A stretch of 64,000 bases of DNA from Yuukianura sp. NJ FZ-2021 (Eukaryota). The DNA lies in the NCBI GenBank assembly GCA_046563655.1, contig CM102289.1, forward strand, positions 5,890,001 through 5,954,000, read 5' to 3'. Each line of letters opens with the position of its first letter. The stretch's first letter is position 1. The position numbers and the translations under genes are program-made. The notes beneath the pieces were generated by a model. The model had not been told where the DNA came from. It ran no database searches and saw nothing but the letters and a program-made list of their open reading frames with translations. Below are positions 27,177-39,600 of the stretch, one piece after another.

Positions 27177-30100
27177 TATTTTGCAAAACTTTTTTTGCAA
27201 GATCATTCCTAATCTGAATCCTTGCAACATTCCCCATCCCTGACAACTGACGTCAACTATCATCCCAAGAGTCTAATACTTTTCTAACAAAAATGTGCAG
27301 TATGATACATATCTCCGAAATTCATAATTCCGTGTTCAGGATCTTTATAGACTAACGAACACTTTCTGATTTGTAATCATAGTCGAATCCATTAACTATA
27401 TAGTCAGCAACACCCTCACATCATTTGCTACCACCAGTAATGTCACTGTCCTTCAGTAGTGAAACAATAGAAGCAAAAAAAAAGTGCTGGTAATCCGTCT
27501 GCCCGGAGTAAATTTGAACTCAACAAGTGCGACGTTAGTCGCAAAGTGGCACTGACCTATGCAAATTTTTTCTTTTTTTTCCAAAAAGTTGTAAATATCT
27601 GTTGTTTTTAGAGTCGCTGTTGACGTATTCCCGTAGAACATGTTTTAGTTTTTAGTTAAACTCCTTCCCGTAAAACTAACGTTGATTGATGATGTCACTT
27701 TTGGACATGACGGTTGAATGATTTTTAAAATAAGAAAGTTAACGATTTACCGCTTGTCTGTAACACACGAGGTACAATGTTGTTGAACTTGACTTTGTTC
27801 CACCGAAACTTTTGAAATACAAACACAAACTATTTTCAATAATCCAGTTTTTGAAATAATTGGACGTTTAGACGTCGCATGCGACTTTTCGTCTGACTGC
27901 AGTTTCCGGTTGTTTTGACTATAATTTCTCAAAAACTGTAAACAAAAATTCCAAGTTTGATGACGAATTAACACGGGCACTAAATGACTAATGTTCTAAG
28001 AAAGAAATACTTCCTAATCCTAACTCACCTACTAAAAAATTTGGAAAAACAAAAAACCACGTTTGAGTTTAAGGTTTTACTTTCACTTTACCAATACTAA
28101 ACCTACACGACCTACGACAACCGCCCGATTTTATGAAAATGAAACGAAAACGAATTATAGTTTAAATTTTGAACAAGTTCGTGGAAGTCATTTTCATTTT
28201 TTGTGCATGTAAAAAGCAAACTTTACTAAACAAATGGTTTAGCCGTTTATCTCAATGACTTTGTTTACCTCCTGAAACAAGGTTGTGTTTTTTTTTATCA
28301 TTTACGTTTCACAATTCGTAATCAAAATCATCCCTCAATTTTTCATCTGCTCCAGCACACCTATTACGTCTGTCAACAGATCATCACTAAATATGAAAAA
28401 CTTAAAAACTAACTTTTGCAATATTATAAAAATATACAATTAAATGAATTCCAGTGTAAGTGGAATGAACACATTCGCGATCCACAGAAATGAAACCATA
28501 ATCATTCGAGCAGACTGCAGAAAGTAAATTGTAAAGTGGTGAAAAGTGCTAGTGACTAACCTTTCAGATCAGAATTCACGTGCTTTGCAACGTGAAGTAT
28601 GGCTATGGCTTAATTAATTATCCTAACACTGAGGTCACACTCAAATTCAACTTTCAAATTACATCTTCTGTGATCTTTCGCTTGGTGAGAGATGCAAACA
28701 TAGTTAGCTTAGGTATTATGTATTTTTCAACCCGTGTCGGTGTCGGTGCCACGCAGTTTTATTCACGGTTAATCACAGTCAGTTAATCCCATTTAGTACT
28801 ACAGAATCTTTCTTTCTTTCTAATCTCATACTGTTACTTGCCGGATTCACTCATTAGGAATTTTGCAATTAATTAGCTCTCATTAGATTTACGGTAAACT
28901 GAGACTCCTAGACTTTGTACAGGTCTGACAGTCGAGCTTCCAGTGACCTTGACGACTAAGAACAAAAACAATCTGGCAAGACACATAAGGACCAGCAGCA
29001 AGCCAAGAATGAGATTTAAACAAAAAGCATGAGAACAAATGGACAAAAAATGTTGTAAATATTTGGAACTGAAAACTCAAGTCATCCAATCCATCACGCC
29101 GTGGCTTAATTTTTAAGCTGCGACTTGTATTTTCTGGACAAGGTTAATTACACGAATTTATTAATGAGGTTTGGCTTTAAGCGTGAATAGGTCACAACGC
29201 ATATAGTGAACTTAAACATCTAAACGACATCCGGATTGTGGTTAAGAAGTTAAACCGGTACATGGCGTAAAAATGTAAGGCACGTTTACTACATATGATT
29301 TCCAATTATCGAATCGCAATCTGCGATTCGCAGATAACAATCGAATAATTGCGTGTGCGCGCAGCTTAAAATCGTCGTACACAGTTCTTAATAGGAAACT
29401 GTAGAAAAAGTGAACCAAATCGAACTTGAATTGAACGGTTGCATTTACTATACTATAAGTCACAAACGAGATCAATAATTTTCCAATCTCGGAGCACCTT
29501 ATGCTTGCCTCGCTTTCTCTTTCCCATGGCCCGTGTAATGTTTACCTTTACTTACGCACTTAACTGATCAGCTGAACGACATTAACCACATCATAATGTG
29601 ATCACTGGCTGGGCACATTTACTACAAAGTCAAAGGTATGATTATGAAAAACAACTTTGTAAACCAAATTAGTTCACTTGAGCTAATAAGTTTTGGGCCA
29701 TGTTGGATCTATCTATTTAGATACAAATGACCTTCGACCTGTACAATAACAACTTAGTAAATAGTATCTGCAATAGAAGATGTTTACGAGACCTTTAGGC
29801 ATAACTTACTTGTTTGTCGAGAGTCCTGTGATTAGGAATTGTGTTAGTAGACTTAACAACGTCCTGTTTATGTTCATCAGTTGTCCAGGATTAACTAAAG
29901 TTCTCCACCGAGTATAAAACATTTAACACTTCTATTTATGTATTACACTGAACCCATCCACTGTCTATTTCCTTATTCGTCGGTCTCTATCATGACACAA
30001 ATAGAAGAAGCGTTGTGCTGATGATGGCCGGAAGCCTAGAGACATTCCAGATCACAATCTTCACTCACGACTGTATTGAAGTGTCGCCTTGATTTACTTT

Positions 30101-30824
30101 CGAATTCGACTACGTCGCTTGGACGTTCTAGGGATTCCGACAAGATGTTGGGCCTCACTCAATTAACCAAAACTAAGCACTCAATTGTTGTTTGAGGAAG
30201 AATTAACTGTCGAAATGGCTGAAACAATGTAGCTTTACGTTGTTTGTTATTGAGGAGATGGAAAGGGAGTGTAAGCTCCATCCAATCCGAAGCTCAGCCA
30301 CTCAGAAACTAGCGGCGAAAATACGCTTGGAACTTGGCACAAAAAATTCACTCATCCTAATCCCTCATTCAGGCACAGGGTTCACCAATACCCAGCGCTT
30401 CCAATGTGGGCAACGCATGTTACCCTACAATATCGGCTCCATGTAATTTGGCCAAAAAAGTAAAATGACCAGAAAAAAAAGCAAAAAATTAAAAATAAAT
30501 GCACTTCATATAACGAAACCCGAGCTTTATTGCTTATCCACATTCCAGCTTTTGCATTTTTGGTTATTTCGCTTTTGGCCAATCTTTTTTGGCCATTTCA
30601 CCCGCTACAAGCGACTGTAGTAAGTTTAAAGGATTACTTGCTAAAATTCTTTGATTTCAGTATTAGTTTAGCTTAAAAAATTACTTGCTATTTTGTTTCA
30701 GTATTCAATTAATTTTTAATGAAGTTATAAATGTTAATGATATAAAATTAAGTGTCTTACTATATTAGCTTTTGGTACAAACTGTAGAGGAATGGAAACT
30801 TTTACTCATGTGTTTGGTGCAGTG

Positions 30825-31061
30825 TAGGGATGCTCACGCTTATTTTCCAGAAACGAAAACGCTTCGATTCCGTTTCCTCGAATTTTGGAAACAAAACGAA
30901 CGGTACCGTTTCCGTTCCAACCTCTCCATTTCGTTTCCGATTCCTAGCGTTGCCGTATCCGTTTCCGTTTCCAGGGGGAGGTGCCGTTTCGTTTCCGTTT
31001 CCTGATGTCCCGTTTCGTTTCCGTTTCCTTGTGAAAACGAAACGGAACGTGAACATCCATA
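30825..31061. mobile_element. hAT-like MITE with internal GTTTCC/GAAAC subrepeats
   Basis: Imperfect TIRs TAGGGATGCTCACG and CGTGAACATCCATA. Degenerate 8-bp TSD gtgcagtg/gttaagtg. Many ccgtttccgttt units inside. Confidence 0.7.
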
Positions 31062-31367
31062 GTTAAGTGTTTAATAGAAACTGCAAAGGAACAAAAAATG
31101 TTAAGCTAGTTTTTGGTTCTGAGGGTTGGTTGGTAACTATTTTGGAATTTATATATAATGGGAATGTGTTATTTGATTTGAAATTGCAAAGTTGATGTTT
31201 TGAAAGAAAATGATATTAGAGTAGAGTGTAGGACGATTAAACGGGTTTGGAGCGAAATTACTTCGTTAGTAAACAAAAATTAATCAACGGAAAATAATTT
31301 ATGTGTTTTGTTTTTATGAATTTTCGCGAAAGAATTTTTTTTTTTCAATTTCTAGCACACTAATTTT

Positions 31368-32337
31368 ATGATTACATAGAATATTGAAACAAAAGTCTAC
31401 ACCCCGTAATCGTCATCAGTGGTGAACTACTGCGACCTACTACTAAATGATAAATACAGCCGTACGGTTGTCAAGTTGTCATTGGTGAACCCTGGTAAGA
31501 GTCGAATTGGTATACACGCTATACCTCTGTCTGTAAACATTGTCTGAGAATAATAGACCCACTTTTGGATGCAGTACTGCCGTTTGGCTGCCATCTTTCT
31601 TTTGGTAGCCGGATAAGAAAGATCCAAAAAGCGTTGTTTTAAGATCTTAAAAATTTCTTAAAAATGGTCCAAAAAAGCTCTAAAAAAGTTCTCTTAAAAG
31701 TCAAAATAAGCCCTATTTAACCGCTTTTGGTAAATAAAGTAAGCTCAAAAAGAGTACTTCAATTAACCGTCAGTTAGTAGGACAAGGTAAGGATTAACGA
31801 ACGTCATTGTAGCTGCACAGTGTAGTCATTCCAACCGTATTTTGTGGCTACAATGGGGGCCACATTTCAGTGGCCAGTTTTTTTTGCTAAATAATAAGCT
31901 AAACACACACATATTGAAGGAAAATTTTGATTTTTGTTGCGAAAATTGGGGTTTTCATTGAATTTGGCATGAAAAAGTTCCCAAAAAGTTCCAAAAAATT
32001 TTTTATTGCAAAAAAAGAATTTATAAGATTTTAAAGTTTTTAAAAGTTTTTAAAGATGGGAAAGTTCTAAAAAAGATTTATCTTTCTTATCCGGCCTCTG
32101 ATGATTACATAGAATATTGAAACAAAAGTCTACACTCTAGAATTGTCATCAGTGGTGAACTACTACCTACTACAAAATGATAAATACACCCGTAGGGTTG
32201 TCAAGTTGTCGTTGGTGAACCCTGGTAAGAGTCGAATTGGTATACACGCTATACCTCTGTCTGTAAACATTGTCTGAGAATAATAGACCCACTTTTGGAT
32301 GCAGTACTGCCGTTTGGCTGCCATCTTTCTTTTGGTA
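31368..32337. repeat. ~240-bp direct duplication (31368-31607 and 32101-32337) bracketing a TIR element
   Basis: Both copies run ATGATTACATAGAATATTGAAAC...CCATCTTTCTTTTGGTA. The 3' halves are identical and the 5' halves carry several substitutions. Confidence 0.9.
31608..32095. mobile_element. MITE-like element with 16-bp perfect TIRs
   Basis: GCCGGATAAGAAAGAT at 31608 and ATCTTTCTTATCCGGC ending at 32095, with an A-rich interior. Confidence 0.7.
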
Positions 32338-33879
32338 CACTTTGTCTATTCACACGCCGCTGTGTATAGTTTTACTGGTGACCACGAACCGGTAAGAACA
32401 AGGAGTTTATGACCTACACGAAAAGGCATGACCTAAGCACTCTCAACCAGACATGACGCTTCCGACTGCCAACCTTACGCCAACGAACAGTCCCACCACG
32501 GTCATTCATACTGTCCCGCCACTGCTGCGGTCGCATTGCCCACCTACACTTCCTCATGACTTTATTCATACGGCACTTTGACCCCGAAGGCGTTTTAACT
32601 TTCACCAAGTTCAGACTAGGCTTCGTTGCCAAAAAAAAATTCAGAACCCAATAAACTATTTACAGACGGCAAATTTCAAACTCAAATCGACCATTTTGTG
32701 TTTTGTTTGCACATTCTGAAATTTCGCACTAGTAATTTAAACCTTAACAAATTGGTCCATCTCCAAAAAATTTTTTAGAAACGTCTCATCATCATCTCGT
32801 TCTTTTGTCTTTGCTTCTGCAAATTTTTGCTTCAGTTGCCAAATCACGGGATCTCTGAACTCCGCATCCTGTTTACTTCAACAGAAAAATATATACGTAA
32901 GATCACCCAATCTTCTTCATCTTCATCACGAAAATGTAAATGACCACAAAAAGTTGTTACCTTCTGAAGACAATGTAACCAAGAAGCAATTGAACCCACC
33001 TTAAGCAGATTGTGTGGAGGCTGTTTCAGAAGATGATCAACAAAACAACAACAAAAACTTCACACAAAAAAAACTTTTTCGCCCCAGGGCAAAATTCCAC
33101 CCCTACGTGTTCAATATACCATAGACTATGTGGGGTGTGGCACCAAGTTGTTAGGCCCCACCAGAGTCGTGGGAGTCCCACGGTGGGACAGGAGTAACAT
33201 CAACATCAGCTGAGGCTACTGCGATTTGGGGAGTCGAGGAATTCCATTGTTGATTTTTTTAAATACTCGGGTGGGGCAGGGGGAAGGAGATTTTCGCAAC
33301 GTTGCAAAAAACGTGAAGATTTTCCCTCAGGAAAAGATCATCTCGGCTGTTTTTTTTTATTATTGTGCAACCATAACGAAGTGTGGATTGTGCGAATCCA
33401 TCCCCCTTTCGTGGTATCCATCTTGCCAATATCATTATACCTGTAGCAAATCACCTGTAATGTGCAGATTTTCATTTTCTTTGGCTAATACTGAAGATAC
33501 TGGTTGAAGGACATGGGATTCTGAACATTGCCAAATTCAATTCCAAACGACGTGCAAAATTCTCCTCCTCTCCTGCCATTGTTCGTTTTTTCGATTGTTG
33601 CAATACTGTCTTCAGCATTTGTCGTGCTCGTGTTTGTGTTTCACTCGTGTGTCACCTTCACAAGTTGCATTTTGGGAAGTATTTTTCCAACTAAAAAATA
33701 CTTGTATAAGCATCTTGATTGAGTGTACTAGCTAACCATGTTGTAAAAAAATTCTTAAAAAAAAAGAGTTTCGAATCAAAAGTTAGTAAAACAAACGAAC
33801 CGTAAGACAGAGTTTAAAAGGCAGAGGAATATTCAAAATTGAAAAAGTTTTAAATTCTAAATTTTAAAACTTAGGGAAA

Positions 33880-35874
33880 ATGGCTCCAAAGTTACAAAAG
33901 TTTTTAATTTTGTTTGACAACCCGAACCTACTGTACTTTCCTGGACAGTTTCTGACGGGCCGAGTTCTACTGGAATTGGAAGCAGAGACTCCGTTTATGG
34001 GTACTACATAAAACTGATATTATAACAAATTACATATTATACAACAAAACATTTCTTCTAAACACAAAACCAAAAAATTTAATTTTGAAAAAAAAAAAAC
34101 GACTATCTTGGTAATATCAAAATTTTTCATTTTCCACCTCCGCTTTCTCTTTCCAGCAGCGAAAGTTTCCTCCAATTTCCTCCCACGCGAGAGCATTTTA
34201 TGAACATTTTCAGCATCTCCAGCGTAGTTCGTTTTCCAGGAGCAGTTTGGCTTGAAACGTGTGCAGAGAAATTTTGTTGCTTGGAGGGACGGATGACAGC
34301 GTGTTGAATGAAACCTAAATCCCTGGAGAAATATCCAGTTCCTGTTAATTTCCGGGACGAAATTCATTCAAATAGATTAGACTTACTATAGTATTTCAGT
34401 TCTGAATTCACAATGTTTTGGTAAAACTTCGCGTCTCAAGCGCGTAGGCGTTTGTAAATGGTGAAGGTTACAATGTACTCCCACCAACTAAAGTAAAAAA
34501 CGAAGTTAGTGTAGGAGTACAGAAGGACACTAATTTCTAAATTCAACTTAACCTAATTACTGTTTTTCAGCAAAAACTTTAGTTTAATTTGTTAACAAAA
34601 GTCTCACAAATTACTATAGCTTCTCTGTCATTAACTTTTTCAGGGTTGTACTTCCATGTCGTAGGAGAAGGAGTAGTGCGCCTCAAAAGTCGAGGTCAGC
34701 AGCGCATCTATGACAAAGAACACTACATTGACTTCAGGATGCGACTACTCGGAGAGTCCGGTAACTACAAATATTAACCTACCAAACACAACCTATTTCC
34801 TAAATTTAATCTTTGGTTTTGGATCAATTCAGGCGGAAGTTCTGTCATGTTGTCTCCCGGGATTCACTCGTTTCCGTTCAAGTTAGGTCTGCCACTGGGC
34901 TTGCCTTCGACGTTCCTCGGTAGGAGTGGCTACGTCCAGTTTTATTGCAAAGCAGCTCTCCGGGAACCCAATGGCCTCATACACAAAAATCAACAAGTTT
35001 TCATCCTCGTCAATCCAATAGATCTCAATCAGGAACCAGCAGCAGTAGCAGTACGAATTCACCTAAAAGTTATAATGAAATTGTTATGACTTTTTCAATT
35101 GTGTTGTATTTTAAACTATTTTTTATATTTCTAGCAACCTTTTCACTGTGAAGTTGAACACAAAGTTGGAAATGCCTGTCTCTCGAGTGGAGTCGTCGAT
35201 ATTCGGATCCGACTGGACAAAGGTGGCTACGTTCCTGGAGAAAAGATTCACATTTGGGCTGTCATTGACAATCAGAGTTCACATCCACTTCGGTCTTCCA
35301 ATGCCACACTTACAGAAGTAAAAAGTTAACATAATCTGAATGTTTTAACTAACTTTTTTAAACTTAATTAAACTAACTACTCAATTAATTTTAGACTATC
35401 CAGTACTCTGCCAAAGGAAAAGTTGTCCAGACAGAACGACGAGAACTGTCAACATTCTCCAGGGGACGAGTGAAGCCAAAGGAAAAAGACGAATGGATCA
35501 ACGAAAAACTGTTGGTTCCCGCCCTTCCACCAACAAATCTCCGCGGATGTCACCTCATTCGGATACAGTATGACCTCATGGTAAGTAAACCTAACAAACC
35601 TAATGTAATAACATAACCAGCCTAGCCTAATTTAAACCTAACGTTGTTACTTTGTCAGTTCACAGTCGTGCCAAAACTGCCAGAGAAGAAAATCAAAGTC
35701 CAAATTCCGATTCTGATAGCGACGTATCCACTGCGAGACAGGACTTCCACGCAAGATGGCGGCGGCGGCGCTAAAATTCAAACGGCCAATGGCACTGCCG
35801 AAAAATTTCCAACAATTCTTCCAACCTACAGACCACAAACTTCCATCAAACCTATCAATAACAACGGCTACTAA
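33880..35874 (+). CDS. Arrestin domain-containing protein (alpha-arrestin, ARRDC/TXNIP family)
   Basis: Exon 1 MAPKLQKFLILFDNPNLLYFPGQFLTGRVLLEL; then GLYFHVVGEG, LSPGIHSFPFKLGLPLGLPSTFLGRSGYVQFYCKA, LDKGGYVPGEKI, LLVPALPPTNLRGCHLIRIQYDL, IPILIATYP. About 6 exons. Confidence 0.93.
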
Positions 35875-36689
35875 ATTTAATTTAACCATCCACATTATAA
35901 ATAACCCCAATATGTTTAAGTTAATCCGCCAAAACATAACACACTAGTCATCACACACTTTTTTTTTGGAAATAAGTATCAGTTTTCACATGGAAAAACA
36001 AATTACATTTATTCCTGTGTTTCATAAAATAAGTTTTTCCTTCCCACATGTTCCCACTCTACCTCACAAATAATTCAAGATATTTTAAAGCTAAAATCTA
36101 ACTAAAAACTCAGCACAATTTAATTTAGATTAGAAAATGACTTTAAGCTTGAACACAATGAAAAAATTAACAGACAAATTCATCAAAAACATGCTTAATT
36201 TTGAAACTCTTACTTAAAAACTGACTCTTTTCATCCCATTAAACTCCAGTCGTCCTCTTCAGTACATTATCTCCTATTTTTCCCAAGTGAAAGTGCATTA
36301 CGACATTAAGAAATATTAGAAATAAAAGCATGGAAAAGTTCAACGCTTATCGTTTTAAAGAGTTGTAGTCTTGGTTGCATTTTCATTTCAGACATCACAA
36401 ATGCCTTATAAATAGAAACTAACAATTCGACAAGTTTTAAGCTAAACGTTTCTAAAAACTTCTGAACTTTCCTACGACAAGTTCAAAATTTGGAAATGTG
36501 AAAGTGGAAAGACACGCCGTAAGCTCATTTTTAAGAAAAGTCAGCCAGTGATGAGGAGATTTTAGTTTAGAAATTAGGTAACGTTTCGTCTTCTTGGTTT
36601 TTGTCAAGTGATGATGGATTATGTGTGTTAGAGTGGTGGTTTTGGTTGAGGTTATACAACGCGTGCGCAGTGGAAAATGTTAACTTTAA

Positions 36690-39600
36690 TTAGGGAGTTC
36701 GCCTCATTATAGGAGTTCGTAGAAGAACGATGCTTTCGGCGGATATTATTGGCCGGTTGCTCTGACTGTGATGTTCGATGAGACGAGTCACACTATCAAA
36801 CGTTCTATCTTTCGTTCGTACCTAAATTATTAAAAACAAAATCATTTGTTAGTCTCGGTGACCTTTGACCTGAAATCTTTCTTAATTCACTCACCACTCC
36901 CTCGGGGTCAACCAGCAGAAGATGCTTTGGTGATCCATTTTGTAAACCCGTCAAGACATACTGGTGAGGTGTGGTCTGAGACTCTCGTACCAAATAGTCT
37001 CCGTCCTAAAAACGTGAAAACGAAAGTGTTAAAATTTTCAAACAACTTCCTCCGTTTTTTTTCAATTTTATTTTCTCTCACATTAACAACAAGCGCTTCA
37101 GCCTCTCCCCGACTCACGACTCCATGAAACCACGGTTCGTTTTCCAGCTCCTTTCGCTGCTCATCCGTTGTAAGTCGTCTCTTCCCCAGCGAGCCATTGA
37201 GAGATTCTATTTGAATGGAAAATTAGCTACCATTAGTTTCATCTCATAAATTACACTCACTGAAACATCAGCCACCGCCACTCGCGTCTCAATTCATTAA
37301 TCATTACCGTTAATGAACTCTCAAAAAACATTGAACTTTGCCGCTTAAGCTTCTCATTGCTTCCTTTCCCACGTGCCGCAAGTAAAGTATTCCAGAAGGA
37401 ATCAAAAAAGTTCCGAAGCGGATCCGTTTTCTAAATTCGAAAACGGATATTTTTAACTTCACCACGAATTTCGTGCCTGACTCAAGCATCAAATTCGTAG
37501 CTTAAGTATCAGGGAGGGTGATGAAAAAAGCTCGTAAGAGCTGTTACAAAGCGTTTTCTCTATCGGCATTGAGTGACACGCCGCTAGAATAAAAAATGAG
37601 TGGAGGAAGGACATACTGTCGTTACAAACGAGGTGGATGGCATCGTTAAATCGCTTCGGAAACATTATCGCTAATCTTCGGCAGGATCTAAAGCACTTAC
37701 GCATATCAAAGGGATCTCCAGCGACGACGGGGTCATTAGACTGGGGAACAGGACTTCCTCCGCTGCTTAAAAAGAGAGACTCAAGAGCTTTTTCTGGTGG
37801 CAACTGCCCAAAGGCTGGCGGCGTTGGAGCTTCAAAGTCTATTAAATTCACGGCCATTTCTGCAAAACAAAAACATCAAAAGTCAATTTCAAAAACGAAC
37901 AAATATTAACGTTTCTTGGATATTAAAATCTTAACTCACCTTTATCAGAAGTTGGGTCCAATGTAAGCGTCGATGGCGTAGGTTTTGTTCTCTGTCCATT
38001 TTGCGAAGTTTTTCCAACCATTTGCAGTTGGTTCTCCGGTGGAAGTTTTCCTGGAAGGTCGTTGTAATACTCAGGGTCATCATTAGCTAGCCTAAAATCA
38101 AACCATATCCGAATTCGGTTAAAATGTTACAAACGAGCTGCTTCATGTTGTCACGTTGTGTTTGAGTCGTATTTCGCGCTTTACTTTGGTGGAGGCGGAG
38201 GTCTCTTCTGCAGATACATCTTAAACCTGAGTTCAAAGGCTTGACCAATGGTTGTGATGACATCCTGCGCAAGACCAGTACCACATTCTAGCACAAAGCA
38301 GGCCCGTCCCAGCGATGTGTCCTTGGCCACGTACGCAACAAAATCTAGCATCGTCTGCAACAAAATAAATATTTAACAAGTTAAGCACAACCCACTCTTT
38401 AATTAAGTTTGAATAGAACTTACAACATCACCGCCCGAGGCAAAAGATATGTTCGGCATTTCATGAACTGCAATGACAGCTCCAGTCTCTAAACTCGTTA
38501 GCTTGAGGCAAGTGCTCGTAATGGTAAGACAGACATCACTGCCAGCATGTTCTAGCCTCGGCTTCAGTCCCAGAATTTTTACTAGTCTCCGATCGATCTA
38601 GATGAAAAAAAAATCAAGTTTTCAATTTCAATTTAAAAATTTTTCAAATAAAATACGTTTCCGTTTTAAGACTTTACCTTCCTTTTTCTATCCACAGCCT
38701 TGAATCCGGCCGCTTCACAGACTTGATTTATGCACTCTCTGAAAACCAAAATAAACAAATCCGTTAAGAAAAAAAAATTTTTTTTTTCCAAACTTTATCA
38801 CGAGCTCTTTTCCATTCAAAAAATTGGCACATAGAACACACTTACTTGGCTATGAGTGACCTTGTCTCAAAATCTAAACTTTTCATTGAGGTATTGACGT
38901 CGTGACATCCAATGTACTGAAATAGACCAGAAAAAAAATTCAGCATCCCCCATTCAAATTATATTACTAAAAAAATGCGCAATTTCCTACCGCTGCGCCA
39001 ATTTTCCTCGAATTTTCTGTTTTTCAAAAAGTCTCAAATAGAAACACCGCCGCTTTTTCCATCTCGCCGATTTTTCAAAAAAATACCTAACTACATATCC
39101 CTTTTTTAAAAAAAAATTCCTTCCCACACATCTTTTTGAAAATTCCTCTCATTCTCATTGTCACTTTCACTTCCTTTGAGAGTTTCAATTTTTAGCGGAA
39201 ACATAATTCCCTCCAAATGGTTTCCAAAACGTCAACTCAAGCCCAACCTCTTCAACTTCCTTCCCAGCGTCGTCGCATCAACATCCCCCCAAAAAACTGC
39301 CACACTGATTATGTCACCAAAAACTCTAAATTCCTTGCTCACATTCACATTTTCGTTCCCAGCGGCATTCCCCCTTTTGAATGACGTTTGACTCATGTGT
39401 CATGTCAGCTTTTTGTCAGTTTCCAATAAGCCCAATGGCAACGTTAACATAAGGGGAAGTGGAGTGTAATAATAGTAAAATCCCCAAAAAAAAAAAGTTT
39501 GTGCAAAACCCCTGTAACACTTTTGACAGCAAAAGAGAGCCAGAAAAAAAGTTTTCCATTCATAAAAATCCCCTTCAGACTTGGCTTCTGCACGCACTCA

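Noticed and set aside
30772..31066. Overlapping low-complexity ORFs (FRFRF, GNGNG)
   Set aside because: Products of the MITE's GTTTCC subrepeats.
33628..33649. Paired CTCGTG E-box-like sites as a ChoRE for the arrestin gene
   Set aside because: Spacing is 10 nt rather than the 5 nt required.
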